A stretch of DNA of 64,000 nucleotides from Bdellovibrionota bacterium (GCA_050952645.1 JBMNLI010000012.1:224001-288000), one strand, 5' to 3'; shown: positions 52,455 through 62,664, numbered from the stretch's first letter. Made by a program: numbers and translations. Notes: a model not told the origin generated them from the sequence alone.

Positions 52455-52656
52455 AAACTTTCCCTTGTTTTACGTATAAATTTTAACTTTATAACATACT
52501 CAAAATAATTTAAGAAAAGTTTAGAAACACTTACATAAATTGTTAAACGTAGCATACGTAAATACGTATTCTTTAGGAAACAACAAATAACAAGTCTTTA
52601 AGTTTTAAGTTTTGAACTCTTAAAAAACATAGTATACGTAAAACAAGGGAAAGTTT
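52455..52656. mobile_element. MITE-like element, family 2 (202 bp), with perfect 24-bp TIRs
   Basis: aaactttcccttgttttacgtata / tatacgtaaaacaagggaaagttt. Confidence 0.7.
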
Positions 52657-52684
52657 AAGGCAAAATATAAGATAAAAAAGGGCA

Positions 52685-52724
52685 AAAAAAAACGCCTATC
52701 TTAATAATATAAAGATAAGCGTTT
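52685..52724. terminator. Bidirectional terminator-like hairpin
   Basis: aaaaaaaacgcctatctt...aagataagcgtttt between convergent genes. Confidence 0.6.
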
Positions 52725-52790
52725 TGTGTATTTCCTTAAAATCTAGGAGGTTAGTTTCCCTCGCACTAGTTTTCTTGCCGTAGAAAGACG

Positions 52791-53276
52791 CTAGGAGGCA
52801 TTAGTGAGCTTGAAAAATACTCCACTAGCTGGTTTGTTTGACCCGTCGGCGTAAGGCACTCGACTATTAGATCTTCCATTTCTCTGCAACACAAAGTCTA
52901 CCGGCCAAGTGATAGCAACCGAGCTATTTAAAGTAGCCCCCACACCATTTTCGACTAATCCTACCAAGTAGTCGAATTTAGGAAGATAGCCTTCTCCTTT
53001 AACGTAAAAAACGCGGGGTTCGTCCCTCGACGAAGGCGTTTTGGAAATTGAACCAACAGCAGCTTTCGGGAGGTAAATTGCGATCGTTTGGTCCATAATA
53101 TAGAGCTTGTTGAATTTCCTCCAATTTCTTTCATCGGGGTAAAATCCTCTAAGATAGTCTTCGTCGCTTTGGTTTAGGTCGCCTCTAAGGCATTCGATCA
53201 CTTCTTGTGCGATCTCTTCTCGTGCGATCTCTTTTCGTGCGATCTCTTTTCGTGCGAGTTCCAGTGTTAGAATCAT
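52791..53276 (-). CDS. Hypothetical protein
   Basis: 161 codons, AGGAGG RBS, visibly higher GC than neighbours, 15-bp ARKEI repeats. Confidence 0.7.
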   Translation of the reverse strand: MILTLELARKEIARKEIAREEIAQEVIECLRGDLNQSDEDYLRGFYPDERNWRKFNKLYIMDQTIAIYLPKAAVGSISKTPSSRDEPRVFYVKGEGYLPKFDYLVGLVENGVGATLNSSVAITWPVDFVLQRNGRSNSRVPYADGSNKPASGVFFKLTNAS

Positions 53277-53602
53277 TGTCCTAACCTCCTTTTGTGCAAG
53301 GATAACTTATATAACATAAAGCAGTTTTTGCTATAAGTGCAAAATCTCTGCTTACCATCTCTAAGGAACTTTAAGTTTCCTAAAAAACCTGCTATTGCAA
53401 ATAGTCTATTTTAAGTTATTGCAAAAGCAATAAAGTTAAATATAACATACATTTTATTTAAAAACAAAATTTTTTCCAAATTATTTATTTAAATTTAGTG
53501 AAATATAAAAGACTTAAAATGGTTCGAAAGTTTCTAAAGCAAATCTTAAATTTAAAGAAAATTCTCGCTAGCTTTGCAAGCTTTACTTAAAACGTGAATA
53601 AA

Positions 53603-54490
53603 CTAATTTTTTACTAGCATCGTTCCTACCCCTTTATCTGTGAGAAGCTCTAATAAAATAGAGTGGGGAATGCGTCCATCTACTATAAATACTTTTTCCA
53701 CTCCTTTATCGATAGCTTCTATGTAGCACTCTACTTTTGGCACCAAGGTATCGGGAATTGCATTCTCCTTTAGAAGTTTTTCAGCTTCTTTTAAATCGAT
53801 TTTTGAAATAAGAGTTTTAGGATCGTCTTTTTCGCGTAGTATTCCAGCTATATTAGTTATTACCACTATAGCCTTAGCTCTTAGCTCACTAGCGATATAA
53901 GATGCTGCCGAATTGGTATTTACATTTAATATACTTCCCATACTATCACAACCTAAAGAAGATATAACTGGAATGCAGCCTTTTTTAAGTATCTCAATAA
54001 TAGGAGTTTTGTTAATTTTCTTAATTTCACCTGCAAGGCTTAATTTTTCACCCTTAATATCTGCTTGTATAAGTTTATCATCTATTCCTAAAAGTCCTTC
54101 GGCCTTTCCACCATTTGCATGCAGTAAATTAACTAAATCTTTATTAACTTTTTTTGCTAATGATTTTTGTAAATATTCTATAGTTCCTTTATCAGTTAGT
54201 TTTAAACCAGCTAAAAATTTAGACCCTTTACTTGCATTGTTTAATAATGCGTTAATTTCTGGGCCGACACTATGAACAAGCACCACTCTAACGCCTAAAT
54301 ACGATAGTCTTACTATATCCTCAATAACTTTTTTTTTTAAATCTTGATTGGCTATGGCATTACTCCCATATTTTATAACTACAATGTTATTTAGGTACTC
54401 TCTTATATATGGCACCGCCTCTACAAGAATTTTTGCTCTGTCTTGGTTGGTAATTTGGTTTTGTTGTGTCATTTTTCTTATAATCTCCAA
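53603..54490 (-). CDS. argB: Acetylglutamate kinase homologue with degenerate catalytic motifs
   Basis: Overall NAGK pattern (EAVPYI, VVIKYG, IPVISS, DGRIPHSILLELLTDKGVGT). Confidence 0.85.
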   Translation of the reverse strand: MEIIRKMTQQNQITNQDRAKILVEAVPYIREYLNNIVVIKYGSNAIANQDLKKKVIEDIVRLSYLGVRVVLVHSVGPEINALLNNASKGSKFLAGLKLTDKGTIEYLQKSLAKKVNKDLVNLLHANGGKAEGLLGIDDKLIQADIKGEKLSLAGEIKKINKTPIIEILKKGCIPVISSLGCDSMGSILNVNTNSAASYIASELRAKAIVVITNIAGILREKDDPKTLISKIDLKEAEKLLKENAIPDTLVPKVECYIEAIDKGVEKVFIVDGRIPHSILLELLTDKGVGTMLVKN

Positions 54491-54596
54491 TAATCTTAGT
54501 TTTTTTTTAAATGGAGTTGTCCTAAACGCTTTAGTCTGAAGCTAAAAAAACTCCTTATATAATAAATTTAGTTCTTCACGATATTTTATTTTTATT

Positions 54597-55874
54597 TTAA
54601 TTTTTATCTTTATCTTTATCTTTATCTTTATTAACTAATCTAGATATTATCATAGCACTAGCAGTATTTCCAACGGAATTTAAAAGCGTTGCAGGAGCAT
54701 CTATAATCGTGCTTATTATTAAAATAAGCGGTAAAAATTCTTGTGGGAGATGTAGCATGCTTAGAAGTGCCACTTCGCCCATTATGCCACCGCTAGGAAT
54801 CGCTCCAATAACGACACTTGAAATAAACGCTACTAATATAATAATTATTATAAATGAAAAGCTAGAAAAATCCTGCCCTAAAATAGTAAGTAAAAATGTA
54901 ATTTTAAATATATTTCCTATAATAGAGCCATCTTTATGAATATTAACACCAAGCGGCAAACTAATATCACAAACATCCTCTGATACATTCATCTTTTTTG
55001 TTGCAATCATATTTGTAGGAAGCGAAGCTGCGCTCGAACAAGACCCAAGTGACATTACGGTAGGGGGTAAAACATTTTTCCAATATAAAACTAACCCCTT
55101 TTTTCCGCCTCCAAGATAAGCATAAAAAGAAAAAACTAAAAAATAAGTAATAATAGCGACTATTAAATATAAAATAAAAAGATTTAGGTAGCCCGTTAAA
55201 ATTTTGGGCCCTAAGCTTGCAACTACATTAGCAAAATAAACCCCAAGACCAAGAGGGGCAAATTTCATTATAAAATTTATTAGTTCAAGCATTACATTCT
55301 TTCCATCATTTAGAAATTTACAAAGGGTATCAGGTTTTTTATCACACCTAGTTATAGCTAATCCAGATAACATTGAGAAAACTATTAGTGGTAAAATGTA
55401 GTTTTTAGAAAGAAGCAAATAAAAATCATTAGTAGTAAAAATCTTAGTAAGGCTATCTAAAAGATTTTCTAATGAAAAATTTTCTAGCGAGTTTTGTAGC
55501 GTTTTAATATTTTCGTAAGAAGCATCTTCTAAAATATTTTTAAAGTTATGAGCACTTAATCCCTTAGCTGGGTTGTATATATAAATCGCTATTAGTCCGA
55601 TAAGTGAAGATACGATAGAGGTAGCAATAAAAACTATAATGGTATATTTAAGTATTTTATTTAGTCTTTTGCCTATATTAAAATTTGTAAATGATGATAC
55701 TACACAAAAAAATATTAGTGGGGGAAGCATCATAAAAAGGATATTAAAAAACAAATCTCCGATAGGCTTTATATATAAAACTTGGTTTTTAAAAAAGATA
55801 CCAAAGATGCCACCTAAAATTACAGACGATATTAAAATTATCGATGATTTGTACGTCTTTAAAAATTTTTTCAT
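54597..55874 (-). CDS. Dicarboxylate/amino acid:cation symporter (DAACS)
   Basis: SCSSAASLP, PLGVNIHKDG, GAIPSGG, TLLNSVGN. Confidence 0.88.
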   Translation of the reverse strand: MKKFLKTYKSSIILISSVILGGIFGIFFKNQVLYIKPIGDLFFNILFMMLPPLIFFCVVSSFTNFNIGKRLNKILKYTIIVFIATSIVSSLIGLIAIYIYNPAKGLSAHNFKNILEDASYENIKTLQNSLENFSLENLLDSLTKIFTTNDFYLLLSKNYILPLIVFSMLSGLAITRCDKKPDTLCKFLNDGKNVMLELINFIMKFAPLGLGVYFANVVASLGPKILTGYLNLFILYLIVAIITYFLVFSFYAYLGGGKKGLVLYWKNVLPPTVMSLGSCSSAASLPTNMIATKKMNVSEDVCDISLPLGVNIHKDGSIIGNIFKITFLLTILGQDFSSFSFIIIIILVAFISSVVIGAIPSGGIMGEVALLSMLHLPQEFLPLILIISTIIDAPATLLNSVGNTASAMIISRLVNKDKDKDKDKN

Positions 55875-55906
55875 AAATAGTTCCTTATATTTTCCTTATA
55901 TTTTTT

Positions 55907-56323
55907 TTAAGATGATTTTTTGTATTCTATATCTTCTTGTATTATATTTTCACGTTCTATATTATATCTTGTGTTTTCATCATCTAGAAAAAACTTTAAT
56001 GCACACGAAACGCAATCTTTACAAGATTTTTTATTTTCTTTTCGTATCTCTTTGCAAGTTAAATTCCCGATTTCAGTCTTAAATTTTTCTATAAGTTTAT
56101 TAGCGATTTCTTTATTATCAAGCGCACTTAGTGCGCCAAAGAGAGCACCACAATAGCCACTTTCTGCTCGCCCCCCTCCAAAGGCTTTAGCCTCATTTAT
56201 GCTACTGTCTGTAATATTAAAATTATTACACTCTATACTTAAAACTTTTAATACTGTTTGGGCGCAATTATAGCCTTCATGTCCACGAAAGTATTTAGTT
56301 ATTAATTTTTGATAATTACACAT
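55907..56323 (-). CDS. C-GCAxxG-C-C family putative redox protein
   Basis: YNCAQ, FGGG, CGALFG, C...C. Confidence 0.8.
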   Translation of the reverse strand: MCNYQKLITKYFRGHEGYNCAQTVLKVLSIECNNFNITDSSINEAKAFGGGRAESGYCGALFGALSALDNKEIANKLIEKFKTEIGNLTCKEIRKENKKSCKDCVSCALKFFLDDENTRYNIERENIIQEDIEYKKSS

Positions 56324-56444
56324 TTTGACCTTATCTCCTAATGCTGTTAAAATAATATTATTGAAATAATATTGTTAAAATTTTTGAAACGCTGATCGTT
56401 TTTAAGATTTTATTTATTTTATAATTTAACATTTAATAGTAAAT

Positions 56445-57935
56445 ATGATAACTATATTTTTTGATTTAGAGACTAGCAGAACTGAGCCTATTGGGCAAAT
56501 ATTAAACTATAGCTTTATAGCTACGAATGATGATTTTGAAGTCATAGATGAGTGCTTTGGAGATATCAGGATTTCTCCTTTAGAGCTTCCGTGTCCTTAT
56601 GCAATTTTAGCAAATAAAGTAGACGTCATAAAGCATCAGCAAAAAAACATTTCAGATGAAAAAAGTGAAATGATGTCTATGCAAAGAATTTTTAATTTTT
56701 TTGAGAATATGATTAAGGAAGGTAGGGGAGAGAAGATTGTTTTAGTTGGATATAACTCGCTAAAGTTTGATGTCCCATATTTAAGAACCTCTATGATTAG
56801 AAATGGCTTTTCGCCTTATTTTAATGGTCAGATTATATATAGAGATTTACTCTATGTGGTAAGAAAAATTTCATGCACTAGGGAGGATTTTATAAGAACT
56901 AGCAAGCACGATGAAAGTGCTAAAAAAAATAAACTTTCCCTAACGTTAGAGACTACTAGCCAAAATTATAATCTTTTGCAAGGCGAGCAATTACACAATT
57001 CAAGAGATGACGTTTTATTAACTATAAATTTAGCTAAAAAGTTATTAGAAATTTTTAATTTAGATGTAAGAAAATATAATGGCTATGAGTTAAGCTTTAG
57101 TGAACACGCAAAGTATAAAAAGGAGGGTAAGGTTTTCACGCCGATATTTCCAGAATATGATTTAGGCGCTACAAAAAATTATGAAAATAGATTTTATGTT
57201 CTTTTAGATTATTCCGATAGATATTCATTATGGGTAGACTTAGATAAGTTTAAAGAATGCAAAGAAGCGTCTAAAATAGAAACGTCTAAAATAGAAACGT
57301 CTAAGGAAGGTAGTTTAGAAGATAGCTTACAAGATAGTTTAGATAAGTTTAAAAGGGCTATCTCTTGGTATAATTATAGTGCTTCCTATCTTTTTAAGCC
57401 TATAAAAGATATTGAGGTGCCAAACTTTTACTATGAGCTTGCGAAAGAAAGCTTAGATATGCTAAAAGATATCAATTTAGATAACTATTTTGAGATTAGT
57501 GAATGTGATATAGAGCAAGATATATATAGATTATCATTTAACTCATTAGATTTATTACATAAAATCATATGGGAAAACGATTCTAGTGTTTCAAAAGGGC
57601 AAATAAGTAGAGATTTAAACGTTGTTTTAACTAGATGGAAGCTAGCTAACATCAAATGGGAAGATATCAATAGGGAAGATGAGAAAGATATCAATAAACT
57701 AAAGTTCTTAGAAATGTATGCAAATCATAGGTATGGAAAGGATAATAGTTTGCTATTAAATAAGTTTGCTAAAAAAGATAGCGAAAATAAGGAAGATTTT
57801 CATTTAAGTTTCTTTGAATTATTAGAAAATATTGAAAGTTTAAAAGAAGAGAATAAGGATAATAAGGAAAACATTAGTTTGCTTTTATCGCTAGAGAAGT
57901 TTTATAAGGAATCTATTATTGCTAGCTTCTTTTAA
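56445..57935 (+). CDS. DEDDh 3'-5' exonuclease (exonuclease I/SbcB-like N-terminus)
   Basis: FFDLETS, GYNSLKFD, HNSRDD. Confidence 0.75.
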   Translation: MITIFFDLETSRTEPIGQILNYSFIATNDDFEVIDECFGDIRISPLELPCPYAILANKVDVIKHQQKNISDEKSEMMSMQRIFNFFENMIKEGRGEKIVLVGYNSLKFDVPYLRTSMIRNGFSPYFNGQIIYRDLLYVVRKISCTREDFIRTSKHDESAKKNKLSLTLETTSQNYNLLQGEQLHNSRDDVLLTINLAKKLLEIFNLDVRKYNGYELSFSEHAKYKKEGKVFTPIFPEYDLGATKNYENRFYVLLDYSDRYSLWVDLDKFKECKEASKIETSKIETSKEGSLEDSLQDSLDKFKRAISWYNYSASYLFKPIKDIEVPNFYYELAKESLDMLKDINLDNYFEISECDIEQDIYRLSFNSLDLLHKIIWENDSSVSKGQISRDLNVVLTRWKLANIKWEDINREDEKDINKLKFLEMYANHRYGKDNSLLLNKFAKKDSENKEDFHLSFFELLENIESLKEENKDNKENISLLLSLEKFYKESIIASFF

Positions 57936-58049
57936 TTCTAGTTTAGATATTTTAAAATATATATTTCATATAAATTTACGCTTATAAAGTTGATAGTTTG
58001 TGTTAATAGTTTGAAAATTTAACTTTGAAAACTTAACCTAAAAAAACCT

Positions 58050-58084
58050 AACAGAGACTAGAAATAGAATTCTCGTCTCTGTTT
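58050..58084. terminator. Terminator-like hairpin between convergent genes
   Basis: aacagagac...gtctctgtt inverted repeat. Confidence 0.5.
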
Positions 58085-58429
58085 ATAGGGGGCTTTTAGA
58101 TGGGTTTTTAAAGCTTTTTAAAGGCTTTTATATGCTAATTCTTTCATAAGCTAATTGCTACAAATGCTTTTAATCTTAAGTTTGCATTGCATTTACAATA
58201 TTCACATTTATAATATTCACATTTATAATAAAGTCTTACATTATAAAAAGTTCTATATCTTTACTTTTGTTAAGTTTCTTTTTTCCCTTACCTTTTTTAA
58301 AATTTTAGCCTAACTATGCAAATATAACTATGCAAATAAACTAAAACCTATAACTAATTATTGCATAGTTTAAGTTATGCGATTTTTTATCTAAATGTCT
58401 ATTTTTTAGTTATTTTATTAGTCTAACAT

Positions 58430-60217
58430 TTAACTATTATCAACTAAGTCATTATTTAAGGCAGAAAAAATAGCATATATATTTGCCCTATTTCTATTAG
58501 CTTCTATTCCAATGCCGTAAACGATTTTCTTAGTATCAGGGTATGTGATTTTAGCATAAGAAGCTATCTTATACTCCCCATCTTTATCCTTAAAACCGTG
58601 TTGGTTAATAATTTCTACATTAAAATCTACTATATCTTTTAAAGCATTTTTTAAAGCAGCGACTTCGTTGCTACCTTGCTTGATAATTTCGTAAGTTCTT
58701 CCCTTATGCTCTAATTTAAAACTAATCTCCATATTTTTATCATCTATATATTTTAAGGAATCTAGCGAAAAATTAAAACTAGGTTTGTTTTTAAAATACA
58801 TTTTATAAAACAAGTCTTTTAGTTCATCGTTAGTAATAGCCTTGTTTTTTCCTTCACAAAATTTTTGAACCACATTTGCAAACTCACCTTGCATCTCTTT
58901 AGGTATTTCTAAGCCAAAATTCTCTCTTACAATATACGTTACTCCCCCTTTTCCCGATTGACTATTAACCACTACAAAATTTATTCCTTCTTTTCTACCT
59001 ATATCGGCTGGGTTAATTGGTATATAAGGTACAGGCCATTTTTTATCATCCTCATTGTTTTTCATAGCATCGAGGGATTTTCTTATAGCGTCTTGGTGTG
59101 AGCCAGAATATGCGGTAAATATTTCTTTTCCAGCATAAGGGTGTCTAGCATGAACTTCTAATCCAGTGCATTCCTCATAAATTTCTTTTACTTTATCAAC
59201 ATTTGAGAGATTTAATTTAGGATCCATTCCTTGTGTATATAAATTTAAAGCTATAACTAATATGTCTGCATTACCAGAGCGTTCTCCATTTCCAAAAAGC
59301 GTTCCCTCTACCCTATCGGCACCAGCAAAAAGACCAAGCTGAGTAGCTGCTATAGCCATTCCCATATCATTATGTGGATGGATACTTAAAATTATTGCAT
59401 CTCTATTACATACATTATTTGAAAAATATTCTATCTGATTTGCATAGATATGCGGTGGCGTCATCTCAACAGTTGCAGGAAGATTTATAATCATTTTATT
59501 ATCTTTACTTGCCCCCGAAGCTTCTATAACGGCATCGCAAATTCTTAATGCAAAATCTGGCTCTGTCCCCGTAAAGCTTTCGGGAGAATATTCTAAAGTT
59601 ATATTAGTATCTGTTTCGTTTTTTAACTTAGAAAGCTTAGAAACTCCCTTTAAAATTATATCTATAATTTCATCTTGGGTTTTTTTAAAAACTACTCGTC
59701 TTTGAAGCTCAGAGGTTGAGTTATACAGATGGACTATTGCATTTTTTGCTCCTTTTAAAGACATTACAGTCTTTTCTATTTGCTCTTCTCTAGATTGTGA
59801 TAATACTTGGATAACGACATCATCTGGAATCAAGTTTTCTTCTATTAAAATTCTAGTAAAATCGTATTCGATAGTCGATGCAGCAGGAAAGCCTATTTCA
59901 ATTTCTTTAAATCCTAACGATACTAACATTTCCCAAAACTTTAACTTTTTCTCAAGTGTCATTGGATTTCTTAGAGCTTGATTTCCATCTCTTAAATCTA
60001 CACTGCACCATATAGGGGGTTTTTCAAGAGTTATTTTAGAAACCCAAGTGCAAGTTTGCATCTCAGGAATAAATGCAGTGTTAATTCCGTATACTCCTTT
60101 TGGGTCTTTTAATTTTTCAAAATCTTTAGTATTAAGAGTAGTTTCCCTAGTACTAGTTTCGTTTACATTAGTTTTACCTATAATTTGATTTCTTTTATCA
60201 TCGAAATTAGCGTTCAT
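58430..60217 (-). CDS. leuA: 2-isopropylmalate synthase (mycobacterial/yeast type)
   Basis: WCSVDLRDGNQAL, EYSPESF, NLPATVE, HPHND, GNGERSGN, SGSHQDAI. Confidence 0.95.
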   Translation of the reverse strand: MNANFDDKRNQIIGKTNVNETSTRETTLNTKDFEKLKDPKGVYGINTAFIPEMQTCTWVSKITLEKPPIWCSVDLRDGNQALRNPMTLEKKLKFWEMLVSLGFKEIEIGFPAASTIEYDFTRILIEENLIPDDVVIQVLSQSREEQIEKTVMSLKGAKNAIVHLYNSTSELQRRVVFKKTQDEIIDIILKGVSKLSKLKNETDTNITLEYSPESFTGTEPDFALRICDAVIEASGASKDNKMIINLPATVEMTPPHIYANQIEYFSNNVCNRDAIILSIHPHNDMGMAIAATQLGLFAGADRVEGTLFGNGERSGNADILVIALNLYTQGMDPKLNLSNVDKVKEIYEECTGLEVHARHPYAGKEIFTAYSGSHQDAIRKSLDAMKNNEDDKKWPVPYIPINPADIGRKEGINFVVVNSQSGKGGVTYIVRENFGLEIPKEMQGEFANVVQKFCEGKNKAITNDELKDLFYKMYFKNKPSFNFSLDSLKYIDDKNMEISFKLEHKGRTYEIIKQGSNEVAALKNALKDIVDFNVEIINQHGFKDKDGEYKIASYAKITYPDTKKIVYGIGIEANRNRANIYAIFSALNNDLVDNS

Positions 60218-60461
60218 TTTTTAGTTCTCCTTTTAATTATTTTTTTTAATATTATAAATCATTGCAAAATAATAAAGTCTCTAAGAAGAAACTAGTAATA
60301 AGTTGCAATGATAATTTTTTACAAAAAATAATTTATATAAAGTTAAAGAGCGTATTAGCTACTTTAAAAAATATTTTGTAAAAAATTTAAATAAATTTTA
60401 TTTTTTGTATTGTTAATGAAATTTCTCTTTTAAAATAATAGATTGAAATAAGTTATAAAAA

Positions 60462-60614
60462 TTATAAGAGAAGGAGGAGTGTGAGTGGTAGATTAAGGAG
60501 GATAGAAGAACTTAAAGGAGAATTGTTATTAGAATTTTTAGAAGAATTAAAATTTTCGATTTTAAATTTCGACCTGTCTTTTATTTTAGTTTTTTTATCA
60601 TAAAAATAATTCAT
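60462..60614 (-). CDS. Putative leuA leader (attenuator) peptide, 50 aa
   Basis: MNYFYDKK...PLSSSILLNLPLTLLLLL*; AAGGT SD upstream; Leu codons mostly CTC/CTT/CTA. Confidence 0.75.
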   Translation of the reverse strand: MNYFYDKKTKIKDRSKFKIENFNSSKNSNNNSPLSSSILLNLPLTLLLLL

Positions 60615-60693
60615 TTTATTTACCTTTTAATAAAAAAAATTAATCACACGAACATTATAATCTAATATTTTTAAAAATATGTCAACAAATTTG

Positions 60694-60797
60694 GGCTCTT
60701 CACGTTTTAAGGTAGGTTTTAGACCTTAAAATTAGTATCACTCACCTCGACGAAGCCCAAAAACAATTTTTCTAACCCACCTAAAACGTGAAGAACC
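60694..60797 (-). mobile_element. MITE family 1, short class (104 bp), inverted orientation
   Basis: Reverse complement differs from 21989-22092 at 3 positions; flanks caaatttg / caaatttt. Confidence 0.92.
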
Positions 60798-60804
60798 CAA
60801 ATTT

Positions 60805-61611
60805 TTAATATACTAAAAACTTATAGTACTCAACGTAATCTAAAAACAATCCGTATGCTGGGGCGGTAGGTCCTGCAAAAGTTCTATCTTTCTTTTCTAA
60901 AATCTCTAATATATCTTTACCGTTTCCCTTTCCAATTTCTACTAAAGTCCCTACTATATTTCTTACCATTTGTTTTAAAAATCCTGAACCAGTAATAGAG
61001 ATTACGATTTTTTCGTTATTATTCTTAGGATTATTTTTAGGATTATTTTCAGGCTCGTTTCCAAACGCATTTTCCTTAGTTATGCTTATATCAAAAATTT
61101 CTTTCACAGGACTTCTAGCGGTGCAACCGCTAGCCCTAAAGCTTGAAAAATCGTGAACGCCTATTAATTTTTTTGCTTGGTTTTGCATAAGTGTGATATC
61201 TAATTTTTTTGCAACGTGCCAAACTAAGCCTTTTTCGATACAAGGAGGATTCGGGCGGTTTAGAATATGGTATGAATAGCGCTTTTTAATGCTATCTCTA
61301 GTCGCATGAAAATCATCTGGGGCTATATCGATATACTTAACTGAAAGTTTATAGCGTAAAATACTACTTATAGCATAACTTAAAGTTTGTAAATCCATCT
61401 CAAGCTTATCTACATGAAAGTTTACTACTTGTGCCCTAGCATGAACGCCAGCATCAGTGCGACCCGAGGCTATAATATTTTTTATGTCGTCTTTTAAAAC
61501 TATATTTAATGCACGTCTAAGCTCAGAATAAACGGTTTCTAAGTTAGGCTGAGATTGCCAGCCATGAAAAAAGCTTCCATTATATTCGACAACCATTCTT
61601 ACATTAGTCAT
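60805..61611 (-). CDS. truA: tRNA pseudouridine(38-40) synthase
   Basis: GWQSQ, SGRTDAGVHA, HDFSSF, GFLKQMVRNIVG, TAPAYGLFL. Confidence 0.96.
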   Translation of the reverse strand: MTNVRMVVEYNGSFFHGWQSQPNLETVYSELRRALNIVLKDDIKNIIASGRTDAGVHARAQVVNFHVDKLEMDLQTLSYAISSILRYKLSVKYIDIAPDDFHATRDSIKKRYSYHILNRPNPPCIEKGLVWHVAKKLDITLMQNQAKKLIGVHDFSSFRASGCTARSPVKEIFDISITKENAFGNEPENNPKNNPKNNNEKIVISITGSGFLKQMVRNIVGTLVEIGKGNGKDILEILEKKDRTFAGPTAPAYGLFLDYVEYYKFLVY

Positions 61612-61656
61612 ATACTTACATTAGTCATATAAAAACAATACTTACTTTAAAATAAA

Positions 61657-62664
61657 TTATTCCATATTCTCTAATATTTTTTGCAATATTTGAACGGCAT
61701 TTAACGCCGCTCCTTTTCTAATATTATCAGACACTACCCACATATTTAATCCATAAGGAACCGAGAAATCTTTTCTAATTCTTCCTACGAAAACCTCATT
61801 TTCTCCTGCAGCATCTAGTGGCATTGGGTATTCATTAATATTATCATTAACGACTATTCCCTCTTTTTTAGATAATATTTCTATAAGTCTTTTTGGTGAT
61901 AACTCTTTGCTCGTTTCTACATTTAAACTTTCAGAGTGTGAGAAAAACACTGGAACTCTTACTGCAGTAGCAGTCATGGGTAAATTTGGAAGATTTAAAA
62001 TTTTTCTAGTTTCATTTATCATTTTATATTCTTCTTTAGTGTATCCGTCATCTTCAATTAAGTCGATTTGAGGAATACAATTAAAAGCTATTTGATGTGG
62101 AAAACACTCTATTTCTATATCTCTTTGATTAAATATGGCTAAGGTTTGGCTCCAAAGTTCATCTAGCGCGTCCTTTCCTGCTCCTGAAACAGATTGATAA
62201 GTAGAAACTACTACCCTTTTTAAACCTGCTTCTTTATTTATAGCATCTAGAACTGGGATTATTTGAATAGTTGAGCAATTAGGATTTGAAATAATCTTAT
62301 CTTCTTTTTTAACTACATTAAAATTTACCTCTGGGACTACTAAAGGAACTCCTTTTTGCATACGAAAAAAGCTTGAATTATCGATACATACAACGCCTTT
62401 TTTACTAGCAATATTTACGAATTTTTCTACAAGTTTTCCAGATACTGCAAAGAGAGCAATGTCAACGCCATTAAACGCATCTTCGGTAAGCAACTCGACT
62501 GGGTAGCTTTCACTAGAAATTTCATATAACTCCCCTACTGAGTTTTCAGAGGCTAAAAGTTTTATATCTTTAAAAGGAATCTTCAAGTCGGTTATCACAT
62601 TTTGCATTTCATTTCCAACTAGCCCAGTTGCACCAACTATTGCGATTACAGCATCTTTTTTCAT
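61657..62664 (-). CDS. asd: Aspartate-semialdehyde dehydrogenase
   Basis: VGATGLVG, DNSSFFR, NPNCST, YQSVSGAG, DNIRKGAALNAVQI. Confidence 0.96.
   Translation of the reverse strand: MKKDAVIAIVGATGLVGNEMQNVITDLKIPFKDIKLLASENSVGELYEISSESYPVELLTEDAFNGVDIALFAVSGKLVEKFVNIASKKGVVCIDNSSFFRMQKGVPLVVPEVNFNVVKKEDKIISNPNCSTIQIIPVLDAINKEAGLKRVVVSTYQSVSGAGKDALDELWSQTLAIFNQRDIEIECFPHQIAFNCIPQIDLIEDDGYTKEEYKMINETRKILNLPNLPMTATAVRVPVFFSHSESLNVETSKELSPKRLIEILSKKEGIVVNDNINEYPMPLDAAGENEVFVGRIRKDFSVPYGLNMWVVSDNIRKGAALNAVQILQKILENME

Noticed and set aside
60654..60685. TTGACA...TATAAT promoter for the leuA leader
   Set aside because: Spacing is 20 nt to TATAAT or 15 nt to TAGATT; plausible but not supportable as a call
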